Of a DNA stretch of 64,000 nucleotides, positions 27,780-36,549 are shown piece after piece. The DNA comes from Acidimicrobiales bacterium (GTDB lineage: Bacteria; Actinomycetota; Acidimicrobiia; Acidimicrobiales; SZUA-35), in contig JAHDDW010000011.1 in assembly GCA_020629155.1 (NCBI GenBank), positions 19,412-83,411 on the forward strand. Direction: 5' to 3'. The position numbers were made by a program, and so were the translations under genes. Positions within the stretch are counted from its first letter, which is position 1. The number at the start of each line of letters is the position of its first letter. The notes beneath the pieces were generated by a model. It saw only the letters and a program-made list of their open reading frames with translations, was not told where the DNA came from and did not search any database.

Positions 27780-29102
27780 TCAGATCATGGAATGGGCATA
27801 TGCCACTAATTCGTCGCAGGTCTTACGAGCTATTTGGCTATCAATATGCTCAACCATGATTCGCAGCAACGGCTCGGTTCCCGAGGGGCGAACGAGCACA
27901 CGACCGTCATCGCCGAAACTGGTTTCGATTTCTCGGATTTTTTCTGTCAAACCAGCTTGCACTGGTTCCATGATTTTAGGATCGCGACTTGGAAGACGCA
28001 CATTTTCAAGAATCTGCGGCACTGTTTGCATAACGTTTTCTGCTACCTTGCTAAGCACAACGTCTGCTTGTTTTACTGCGCTAACTAGCTGCACGCCTGT
28101 TAGCAGGCCATCGCCTGTCGAAGAAATATCATGGCAGATCACGTGACCAGATTGTTCGCCACCTAGTGAATAACCACCAGAACTTAAAGCCTCAAGAACA
28201 TACCGATCGCCAACTTTGGTGACTTCAGTTGTGATCCCTTCCTTATTCATCGCATTATGAAAACCCAGGTTAGTCATCACAGTCACAACCACCGTGTTTT
28301 TAGCTAACAGACCTCGCGATTTAAAATCTTTTGCCAAGATTGCCATCACTCGATCGCCGTCAACAACGTTGCCTTTATCGTCTACAGCGATAAGACGGTC
28401 TGCGTCGCCATCAAATGCTAAGCCAAGTTCAGCTTTTTGTTCAAGAACAGCTTTTTGCAAGGCTTTTGTGTCGGTTGAGCCGAACCCTTTGTTAATATTT
28501 GTGCCATCTGGAGTATCACCGATAACGGTGAGTTTCGCTCCAAGCTTTCGCAGCACCCTTGGGGCGGCTTCGAATGCAGCACCGTTAGCGCAATCGATCA
28601 CAATAGAGGTGCCTGCGATGTCACCAGCAGCGTCTATGATTGACTGTTCCCAACCATAATCAACAGGTTCTTGAACCACTGAGACAAAAGATTCTGCAGG
28701 CAAATTTGCTGCTTCAAGATATGCCGAATATTTTTTTTCGATTTCTTGTTCAATCTCGTCGCTTAATTTTGATCCAGACGAAAATACTTTAATCCCATTG
28801 TCTTGATAAGGATTATGCGAAGCAGAGATCATGAACGCTGACACTTGCTGTTGTGCAGAAAGCCACGCAACAGCAGGTGTTGGCACAATCCCCAGTGAAG
28901 AACTTGTTGCGCCGACAGAATCCAATCCCGTTGCCAAGGCCGCTTCAATCATATCGCATGACACTCGTGTGTCTTTACCGATTATAAATTTACCTACACC
29001 AAGAACCTCAGCAGAAGCGCGAGCTAAAGCCACGCACACTTCGACAGTGATTTCTTCGTTAGCAACACCTCGTACCCCGTCTGTACCAAAGCGAGGATAC
29101 AC
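27780..29102 (-). CDS. glmM: Phosphoglucosamine mutase
   Basis: FGTDGVRG, SASHNPYQDNGIK, FDGDADR and GGEQSGH motifs. Confidence 0.95.
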   Translation of the reverse strand: MYPRFGTDGVRGVANEEITVEVCVALARASAEVLGVGKFIIGKDTRVSCDMIEAALATGLDSVGATSSSLGIVPTPAVAWLSAQQQVSAFMISASHNPYQDNGIKVFSSGSKLSDEIEQEIEKKYSAYLEAANLPAESFVSVVQEPVDYGWEQSIIDAAGDIAGTSIVIDCANGAAFEAAPRVLRKLGAKLTVIGDTPDGTNINKGFGSTDTKALQKAVLEQKAELGLAFDGDADRLIAVDDKGNVVDGDRVMAILAKDFKSRGLLAKNTVVVTVMTNLGFHNAMNKEGITTEVTKVGDRYVLEALSSGGYSLGGEQSGHVICHDISSTGDGLLTGVQLVSAVKQADVVLSKVAENVMQTVPQILENVRLPSRDPKIMEPVQAGLTEKIREIETSFGDDGRVLVRPSGTEPLLRIMVEHIDSQIARKTCDELVAYAHSMI

Positions 29103-29105
29103 GAT

Positions 29106-29492
29106 TTAACGCTTGCTGTATTGAGGAGCTTTACGAGCCTTCTTCAGACCGTACTTCTTAGACTCTTTCTTACGAGGATCTCTTCGCAAGAGGCCAGCGC
29201 TTTTTAGAGCAGGACGAGTTTCTTCATCAACTTCCAACATCGCACGCGCAATAGCGTGACGAGCAGCACCAGCTTGACCAGCTTGACCGCCACCTGTAAG
29301 GTTCAACGCAATATCGTACGACTCTTCCTGACCAGCAACCTTCAATGGTTCGGTCACAAGGTTACGGTGGACAGCAGAAGGGAAATAGTCTTCGAATGAA
29401 CGACCGTTTGCTGTGATAGTCCCTTCACCAGCCTGCATAGAAACTCTAGCTGTTGAACGTTTACGACGACCAATTGTTTGGATTAAAGTCAC
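29106..29492 (-). CDS. rpsI: 30S ribosomal protein S9
   Basis: GRRKRSTARV...GGGQAGQAGAARHAIARA...KKYGLKKARKAPQYSKR. Confidence 0.97.
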   Translation of the reverse strand: MTLIQTIGRRKRSTARVSMQAGEGTITANGRSFEDYFPSAVHRNLVTEPLKVAGQEESYDIALNLTGGGQAGQAGAARHAIARAMLEVDEETRPALKSAGLLRRDPRKKESKKYGLKKARKAPQYSKR

Positions 29493-29494
29493 GA

Positions 29495-29947
29495 TTACTT
29501 ACTTTCTCGACGAGCGCCGGGGATATCATACGGTTGAGGGTTCTGCGCCGAATGTGGATGTGTCGCACCAGCATACAATTTTAGCTTTGTTATCTGCTGA
29601 CGACCTAAACGGTTTTTAGGCAACATACCTTCAATTGTTTTACGAACAGTTTCTTCAGGTTTGCGATTAAGTTTATGCGCATAGGTTTCAGAGCTGATAC
29701 CACCTGGGTAACCAGTATGGGTGTGGATTAGCTTTTTCTCAGCTTTGCCTGCGGTCAACACGACCTGATCGACGTTGATGATGATCACGTGATCACCTGT
29801 GTCTATGTGTTGAGCATAGGTAGGTTTATGCTTACCACGCAACAGACGAGCAACTTCGGTAGCCATTCGACCTAAAGTAAGGCCTTGCGCATCAACGACA
29901 TGCCAGTCATGTTGAATCTCAGAAATCTTGGGAGTATAAGTTTTCAC
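29495..29947 (-). CDS. rplM: 50S ribosomal protein L13
   Basis: WHVVDAQGLTLGRMATEVARLLRGKHKPTY...GMLPKN. Confidence 0.97.
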   Translation of the reverse strand: MKTYTPKISEIQHDWHVVDAQGLTLGRMATEVARLLRGKHKPTYAQHIDTGDHVIIINVDQVVLTAGKAEKKLIHTHTGYPGGISSETYAHKLNRKPEETVRKTIEGMLPKNRLGRQQITKLKLYAGATHPHSAQNPQPYDIPGARRESK

Positions 29948-30219
29948 AACGAACTTTCAAATAGGTTGGGTTCCTAAATAACCCGACCCTTAATCATAGG
30001 GCGAAACGAAAGCAGTCCAAACCTTCCCACATAGAAACATCGATCAGCTACCAACTACCGCGCTTACCAAATCAGAGCGCAAATAGCAAATAAACTTAAG
30101 AATCCGATAGAGATGCAACCTGATATAAACGACAGTGAGACTTGACACAACCGTTACAGACTCTGTGCCGCTGCCTGTTTCACCAGAAGAAACAGACAAA
30201 CCTGAATCCACTGATGACT

Positions 30220-30624
30220 CTAACCCGTTCGCGTTGACCTCGTCCAACAAAAATCGCCGTCGGGAAGTAACGTCAAATCAAGCGTGTCCGACTCAGCGAC
30301 ACGAAAAAGTTTCCCGCGTTCCGCTCCATCGATCTGGACAAGCCCCAACCCAGAAAACACGCCTCTATCAACATCATATTTAACATCGTCAGACGCAACT
30401 TTTAGATGCAGCACATCGCCATGAACTAAACCGCATTCAACGAGGCGTGTCCAACCCGCGAAGTTCGTGTTTCGAACCGAAAGGACACCCTCATCACTTC
30501 CCGAACCGAACTTCTCCAACAAATCGACCACACGAGCATCACCAGAAAAACCAAGCCTTACATCACCAACAAAACCGCTCACGACCCGACTATCAACAAC
30601 AGAAACAACAACCTCAACAGACAT
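30220..30624 (-). CDS. Hypothetical protein, possibly a truncated remnant (ubiquitin-like plus start of an FHA-like segment)
   Basis: 134 aa. The C-terminal ...GLVQIDGAERGKLFRVAESDTLDLTLLPDGDF ends abruptly after an A5/T5 run (30249-30253). No continuation is recognisable in any frame. Confidence 0.3.
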   Translation of the reverse strand: MSVEVVVSVVDSRVVSGFVGDVRLGFSGDARVVDLLEKFGSGSDEGVLSVRNTNFAGWTRLVECGLVHGDVLHLKVASDDVKYDVDRGVFSGLGLVQIDGAERGKLFRVAESDTLDLTLLPDGDFCWTRSTRTG

Positions 30625-30631
30625 CTAGTGT

Positions 30632-31069
30632 TTACTCTTCTATCCAATATTTCTTTATCGAATCGGGCAAAGCATCAAAAAAATCGCCGTAAGAGGAGGT
30701 CCATCCTTTCCCTGCGTAGTCTTCAAGTGGCAAGTCGTGATAGGAAGAAATGTATTCTGAATCATCAAAATTGACAAAGAAAAGTGGGAAGGCGCGATCG
30801 CTACCGTTAGCAGACAAGAAACCTGGAATTACATCAGTACCAAATTTCCTTAGACCAATCGATTCGAGAAACGTCCGTCCCATGACGGGACTGATTACAG
30901 GATAATCGTCTCTCGCCGACTTCTTAGACCATTCCGCTGGGTCGTATTCTGGGTCGTAAGACCTATAGTCCAGTATCCAATCAGCGAGAATGCCGATTGC
31001 GTAGTAGTAGGATGATTCGTATTTTACAACTCCAGGAAACTCTATATCTTTAATCTGTAAATCGATCAC
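30632..31069 (-). CDS. Hypothetical cytoplasmic protein (145 aa)
   Basis: Acidic, Tyr/Trp-rich, with no TM or known motif. The GTG start overlaps the stop of a 39-codon upstream ORF (31069-31188). Confidence 0.4.
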   Translation of the reverse strand: MIDLQIKDIEFPGVVKYESSYYYAIGILADWILDYRSYDPEYDPAEWSKKSARDDYPVISPVMGRTFLESIGLRKFGTDVIPGFLSANGSDRAFPLFFVNFDDSEYISSYHDLPLEDYAGKGWTSSYGDFFDALPDSIKKYWIEE

Positions 31070-31313
31070 TAATTTGACATCACTTTCCCTGAACCAGGCA
31101 CTGCACTGTCTTGCAGTTTATCTATCCAATCGCCTCGGAGGCCAAATGAGCTATAAATTCTCTTTCCTGTCTTGGGGTTAATTTTCATCTTAGTTGGGTC
31201 CTCGATTTGGGGTGCTTCGGGAAATCAGACGCTTTGGCCTGCGGTACTGCCTCGTGCTTTATTTGCCTCGCAAGATATGAATCTATTTCGAAAGATACAA
31301 TTCTCCCTCCCGG

Positions 31314-31366
31314 CCGGACAGAATCAGGACAGGAATAAGGACAATCAGGACACATAGTTGGAAATC
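31314..31366 (+). repeat. Left iteron-rich direct repeat flanking the NTase cassette
   Basis: CCGGACAGAATCAGGACAGGAATAAGGACAATCAGGACACATA followed by GTTGGAAATC. Four GGACA units are spaced 9-12 nt. 36 of 43 positions are identical to 32553-32595. Confidence 0.75.
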
Positions 31367-31673
31367 TAAGGTTCAGTTAGGATTAGAGACATTGCATAGA
31401 ACACTACTAACTACAGTTTCAAGATACTTTCTGCTAGCTTGTGTCTCTCTAGCAGAATGGACTATTTCAAACTCGGCGTGGCTTACAATTACCTAGAAAT
31501 TTTCCTTTTATAGGAATCTCTCAGGCCAAGGGTCCAAACAGTCAGCGGAATAAAAATCTAATATTTTACTAGCTTAAAATCCTGGTTCACAAGGATTTTT
31601 GAATCGCATTCCCTTTAGACAAAATGGTTACTGCTGTCTCGTTCAACAAACTACAAAGCACGCTGACTAACTT

Positions 31674-31961
31674 GTGACTAATTTTCGTTTCATCGCAGAC
31701 TACTATGGACATATGAGCTACATCGGTGCCATTGATACTTCTGCAGAGGTTCAAGCGAAACAAGCTGACTTTTGGCGAACCGCAACGATTGCAGAAAAAG
31801 TGTCTATCGTCAACGAGCTAACGAATGCAGCAACACAGCTCGCTTGCATAGGCATCGAGATGAACTACCCTGATGCCACAGAAAAAGAAAAACTATACCA
31901 CCTAGCAGTAAGACGATACGGCAAAAAAACTGTTGAGAGAATAATGGGCCCAGCCCCATGA
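31674..31961 (+). CDS. Small protein partner of the nucleotidyltransferase (putative antitoxin-like, unknown family)
   Basis: 95 aa (GTG start; ATG at 31713 is an alternative). The stop overlaps the next start as ATGA (31958-31961). Confidence 0.5.
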   Translation: MTNFRFIADYYGHMSYIGAIDTSAEVQAKQADFWRTATIAEKVSIVNELTNAATQLACIGIEMNYPDATEKEKLYHLAVRRYGKKTVERIMGPAP

Positions 31962-32539
31962 ACACCAGCGACCCCTTCTCCCTCCTAGCAAAAATAGTTG
32001 CCATTTTTGATTCCACAAATATAGAGTATGTCCTTGGAGGCTCACTAGCGAGTTCTATGGTCGGCGAGCCCAGGGCCACAATGGATATCGACATGGCAGC
32101 TCAAATCAATTCCGAACAGCTGCAAGCTTTTTACCTTGCTGTTAAAGACGATTTCTACATCCCTTTAGCTTTTGCTGAAGAAGCCGTGCGATCGAAAAGC
32201 TCGTTCAACATTGTCTCCAACCAGACTTCTTACAAGGTCGATATTTTTGTTTTAGGGAAAAACCGACTAGACAGCAACCAACTTAAACGACGTATCAAAG
32301 CTACTCTGCCAGGAGAAGCTACATCTATTTGGGTGACTTCTCCAGAAGACCAAATAGTAAGAAAGCTTTCTTGGTTCAAGTTAGGCGGACGAGTTTCTGA
32401 TAGACAATGGCGCGATGTTCTGTCTATTATTTCATCGCAGAATGACCAGCTAGACTATACCTATTTGAATGAGACCGCTCAAAGCGAGGGTTTATCTGAG
32501 TTATTAGCTTTGGCTTTAGAAGAAGCAGAGAACTTGTAG
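31958..32539 (+). CDS. Minimal nucleotidyltransferase-fold protein (MNT/AbiEii-like)
   Basis: GGSLASSMVGEPRATMDIDM fits the GS-X9-13-D-x-D pol-beta NTase signature. The C-terminal SPEDQIVRKLSWFKLGGRVSDRQWRDVLSII...LDYTYL resembles a widespread uncharacterised NTase family (from memory, not searched). Confidence 0.55.
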   Translation: MNTSDPFSLLAKIVAIFDSTNIEYVLGGSLASSMVGEPRATMDIDMAAQINSEQLQAFYLAVKDDFYIPLAFAEEAVRSKSSFNIVSNQTSYKVDIFVLGKNRLDSNQLKRRIKATLPGEATSIWVTSPEDQIVRKLSWFKLGGRVSDRQWRDVLSIISSQNDQLDYTYLNETAQSEGLSELLALALEEAENL

Positions 32540-32552
32540 GACTATAGCAAAT

Positions 32553-32641
32553 CCCGACACAATCGGGACAGAAATAAGGACAATCGGGACATATCACGGG
32601 CATGTCTAACATCTGAAAGATATGCATAACAAGTTGGAGAT
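32553..32641 (+). repeat. Right iteron-rich direct repeat flanking the NTase cassette
   Basis: CCCGACACAATCGGGACAGAAATAAGGACAATCGGGACATATC (36 of 43 identical to the left copy), then a 37-nt insert, then GTTGGAGAT (32633-). Confidence 0.75.
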
Positions 32642-32659
32642 ACAATTTAAGACATACTT

Positions 32660-33190
32660 ATTCAAACCAAAAAAATCTTCGCGCTTCTCTTAATCGCCAT
32701 CTGCTCAACACTGGCCAGCTGCACGAGCGAAGCTTCCACTTCTGAAGCTAACAATGCCAAAACCGACGAGCCAACAGCGACCAGTGACTCGCTAGCCACT
32801 CCAGAAGGTGACGAGGTTGTTCTTAAATGGAGCTTTTCTGACAATTGGTGTCTCTCAACTAATCGCTGTTACCATTACGAAATTACTGCTGACGGTTCAA
32901 TATCGGCAACATACTATGGAGCAGACGACGACTACACCGAGACCTATAGCAGCGAGATGGATAAACTGGCGGTACAGGAATGGTGGAAATCAGCTGACCA
33001 AGTCGATTTTGTCGTCTTGCAAGAGAGGCTACCGCCACAACGAACGATGGACAGTGGAAGCATCACCTTGGAAGTACCAGGCAAAGGAACAATCAAAACT
33101 GGCCTTGAAGCAGAATACGACCTTTCAGAACCTTTTCTGAAATCAACACAAGAGTTAATGGACCTTGCTCAAGATGCCGCAACACCTTAA
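32660..33190 (+). CDS. Lipoprotein-like ORF lacking a canonical start codon
   Basis: The frame is open from 32651 (after TAA at 32648). It encodes (I)QTKKIFALLLIAICSTLASC with a lipobox LASC. There is no ATG, GTG or TTG before ATG 32957; the only candidates are ATA 32654, ATT 32660 and ATC 32675. The ORF track lists only the 3' part (32957-33190). Confidence 0.5.
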   Translation: MQTKKIFALLLIAICSTLASCTSEASTSEANNAKTDEPTATSDSLATPEGDEVVLKWSFSDNWCLSTNRCYHYEITADGSISATYYGADDDYTETYSSEMDKLAVQEWWKSADQVDFVVLQERLPPQRTMDSGSITLEVPGKGTIKTGLEAEYDLSEPFLKSTQELMDLAQDAATP

Positions 33191-33312
33191 GGCTAGGATG
33201 CCCTTCATGGCTACTTCTTTTCTGCTGAACATTACTAAACGCAACAAATCCACTATATCAAAGATAACCTAAACCGTTTGGCTTAAAAACATGGTAGCGC
33301 TAGAGTGATGAG

Positions 33313-36300
33313 GTGGTATCTGATAATCAAACTCCGTATCCTGCTGTCTCGTCTCGTGCTGACTTTCCTGAGCTAGAGAAAAAGATTTTTGAGTGGTGGG
33401 AAGCGCATGATATTTTCACTAAATCTGTCGAGCAACGCGAAGGTAGCGAAGAGTTTATTTTCAACGATGGTCCGCCGTTTGCTAACGGCCTCCCCCATTA
33501 TGGCCACATTCTCACAGGCTATGTGAAAGATGTGATCCCTCGCTATCAAACAATGCGAGGCAAAAAAGTGTCACGCGTGTTCGGTTGGGACTGCCACGGC
33601 TTGCCTGCTGAAATGCACACCGAAAAAGAAATCGACGTCTCTGGCCGCAAAGCCATCACCGACTACGGGATCGACAAGTTTAACGAGTATTGTCGCACTT
33701 CGGTGCTTAAATATACTGATGAGTGGAAAAACTATGTAACTCGTCAAGCTCGTTGGGTTAATTTCGACAACGGCTACAAAACCATGGATCGCGACTATAT
33801 GGAGTCGGTCATCTGGGCGTTCAAGCAGCTGTGGAATAAGGGCCTTATCTACGAAGCCAACCGAGTGATGCCATACTCGTGGAAAGCTGAAACCCCGCTT
33901 TCCAACTTTGAGATTCGCCTTGACGACGCGACTAGACCGCGTCAAGACCCTGCCCTTACTGTCGGTTTCGAGCTAACGCCCAAAGATGGTGACCCGCAAG
34001 GTCCATTGCGTATTCTTGCCTGGACAACAACACCGTGGACGCTTCCTTCCAACCTTGCGCTCGCCGTCGGCCCAGACATCACCTACGTTGCCGTGCTTAA
34101 TCCAAACGGCGAAGGCCACCTGATCTTAGCCGAAGCTGCGCTTGCTAAATACAGTAAGGAACTTGGCGAAGAACCAACGGTTGTCGCAACATTCACCGAT
34201 CAAGATTTACAAGGGCGCACCTATACGCCGCTGTTCAATTATTTCGCTAGTCATCCAAATGCTTTCCAAGTTTTATCGGCTGATTTTGTTGCAACTGGTG
34301 ACGGCACAGGCATTGTGCACCTTGCCCCAGGCTTTGGTGAAGAAGATCAAAAAGTTTGCGAAGCAAATGACATCGAAATGGTGGTTCCTGTCAACGATGA
34401 AGGCGCGTATACACAAGAAGTCACCGATTTTGTTGGTCAAAACGTGTTTGAAGCTAACCCAAAGGTAGCGACCCATCTTAAAGAACAAGGCGTTGTGTTA
34501 CGTCACGAAACCTATGACCATAACTATCCGCATTGCTGGCGAACTGACGAGCCGATCATCTATAAAGCGATTCCGTCGTGGTATGTGCGAGTTACCGATT
34601 TTTCTGACCGTCTCCAAGAGATAAATCAAGAGATCAACTGGATTCCTGATCACGTTAAAGACGGCGCGTTTGGCAAATGGCTCGAAGGCGCACGTGACTG
34701 GTCGATCAGCCGCAACCGTTTTTGGGGTGCTCCCGTGCCGATCTGGCGAAGCGACAACCCAGACTATCCTCGCGTCGATGTCTATGGCAGCATCGACGAA
34801 ATCGAAGCCGACTTTGGCGTACGCCCAGACGACTTACATCGCCCCTACATCGACGAGCTTGTGCGTCCGAACCCAGACGACCCGAGCGGCAAATCTATGA
34901 TGCGTCGTGTTCCCGAGGTGCTTGACTGCTGGTTCGAGTCAGGGTCGATGCCTTTTGCGCAACATCATTATCCATTTGACAATAGCGACCTGTTTGAACG
35001 CACAAACCCTGCCGACTTTATTGTTGAATACATCGCCCAAACTCGCGGCTGGTTCTACACCATGCACGTGCTGTCGGTGGCGCTGTTCGATAAACCAGCG
35101 TTTTCTAACGTGATCTGTCACGGTGTCGTTTTGGATGCGAAAGGCCAAAAACTTTCAAAGAAGCTGCGCAACTACCCAGACCCGCTCGAAATCTTTGATT
35201 CGCTCGGCGCTGACGCGTTGCGCTGGTATCTGATGAGCTCACCTATTTTACGAGGCCTCGATCTAAAAATCGAAAAAGACGCGGCCAGTGTGAAAGATGT
35301 GGTTCGTCAAGTGATGAACCCGCTGTGGAGTGCCTATAGTTTCTTCACCCTCTACGCTAATGCCGACAACTACCAGGCGACCTATCGCACCGACTCAAAA
35401 AACCTGTTAGATCGCTACATTCTCGCGAAAACACGCAACTTGATTGCTGACGTGCAACAAAGCCTCGACACGTATGATTTAGCTGGCGCGTGTGACCATA
35501 TTCAAGGCTTTCTTGATGCGTTGACCAACTGGTATATCCGTCGCAGTCGGGCACGTTTTTGGAACACCGAGAACCCTGACGCTGATGTTGATAGTGACGC
35601 GCTCGACACGCTTTATTCCGTGTTGCAGCTGGTCTGCCAAGTAGCTGCTCCGATGCTTCCTCTGGTGACCGAAACGATTTGGCGAGGCCTTGCCAGCAAT
35701 ACAACTGGCGATAACCAGCCGCAAAGCGTTCACTTAGCAAACTGGCCAGAGGTTAGCCAGCTTACACAAGACGATGCGCTTGTTGAAGCGATGGATCAGC
35801 TGCGAGACGCAGCGTCTGCTGGTTTACGTCTGCGTGATGAGCGCAAACTGCGCGTTCGTTTGCCACTTGCGTCGGCAACAATTGCAGGACCAAGCGCTGC
35901 TCATATCAAACCTTTTGCCGACCTGCTCGCAGACGAACTAAACGTGAAAGAAGTCATTTTCACCGACGATGTGCAGCAATATGGCAGTTTTGCATTAAAA
36001 CCGTTAGGCAAAGTGTTAGGCCCAAAGATCGGCCCTGACGTGCAGACCGTTATTAAAGCAGCGAAAGCTGGCGAGTGGGAAGAGCTTGACGATGGCACCG
36101 TGCGTGTCGCTGGCCATGTGCTTGAGGCTGGCGAGTTCGACCTTGGCCTTGTGCCTACTGATGGTGTCGCTGCCGCTGCACTTCGCGGCAACCATTCGGT
36201 TGTGGTCCTCGATGATGTCGTGACACCAGAGTTGGAGATCGAAGGTCTCGCTCGTGATCTTGTGCGCCTCATTCAACAAGAGCGCAAAGAGCAAGACCTT

Positions 36301-36486
36301 GTAGTGACCGACCGCATCGTTATTTCGTTGACGATCGACCAACCACTACGAGATGCTGTGGCAGCACACAAAGAGTGGATCATGAGCCAGGTTCTTGCGA
36401 CTGAGCTACACGAAATAGACAGCTTAGAGCAGCACCACAGCATGGGCGAGCACAAACTCGGCCTGTCGTTTGTTGTTAGTAGCTAA
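33313..36486 (+). CDS. ileS: Isoleucine--tRNA ligase (long, actinobacterial/eukaryote-like type)
   Basis: HIGH-type PHYGHILTG and KMSKS-type KLSKKLRN motifs; the editing domain is present; GTG start. Confidence 0.95.
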   Translation: MVSDNQTPYPAVSSRADFPELEKKIFEWWEAHDIFTKSVEQREGSEEFIFNDGPPFANGLPHYGHILTGYVKDVIPRYQTMRGKKVSRVFGWDCHGLPAEMHTEKEIDVSGRKAITDYGIDKFNEYCRTSVLKYTDEWKNYVTRQARWVNFDNGYKTMDRDYMESVIWAFKQLWNKGLIYEANRVMPYSWKAETPLSNFEIRLDDATRPRQDPALTVGFELTPKDGDPQGPLRILAWTTTPWTLPSNLALAVGPDITYVAVLNPNGEGHLILAEAALAKYSKELGEEPTVVATFTDQDLQGRTYTPLFNYFASHPNAFQVLSADFVATGDGTGIVHLAPGFGEEDQKVCEANDIEMVVPVNDEGAYTQEVTDFVGQNVFEANPKVATHLKEQGVVLRHETYDHNYPHCWRTDEPIIYKAIPSWYVRVTDFSDRLQEINQEINWIPDHVKDGAFGKWLEGARDWSISRNRFWGAPVPIWRSDNPDYPRVDVYGSIDEIEADFGVRPDDLHRPYIDELVRPNPDDPSGKSMMRRVPEVLDCWFESGSMPFAQHHYPFDNSDLFERTNPADFIVEYIAQTRGWFYTMHVLSVALFDKPAFSNVICHGVVLDAKGQKLSKKLRNYPDPLEIFDSLGADALRWYLMSSPILRGLDLKIEKDAASVKDVVRQVMNPLWSAYSFFTLYANADNYQATYRTDSKNLLDRYILAKTRNLIADVQQSLDTYDLAGACDHIQGFLDALTNWYIRRSRARFWNTENPDADVDSDALDTLYSVLQLVCQVAAPMLPLVTETIWRGLASNTTGDNQPQSVHLANWPEVSQLTQDDALVEAMDQLRDAASAGLRLRDERKLRVRLPLASATIAGPSAAHIKPFADLLADELNVKEVIFTDDVQQYGSFALKPLGKVLGPKIGPDVQTVIKAAKAGEWEELDDGTVRVAGHVLEAGEFDLGLVPTDGVAAAALRGNHSVVVLDDVVTPELEIEGLARDLVRLIQQERKEQDLVVTDRIVISLTIDQPLRDAVAAHKEWIMSQVLATELHEIDSLEQHHSMGEHKLGLSFVVSS

Positions 36487-36549
36487 AAGCGAGTAGCTTC
36501 GCTGTAGGTCTGCATAACGAAAATCAGTGGATTCGATATACTTATATCT

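Noticed and set aside
31314-32641. Cassette repeats considered as integron attC sites
   Set aside because: There is no GTTRRRY core (GTTGGAA and GTTGGAG end in a purine), no imperfect-palindrome attC structure, and no intI gene in the window.
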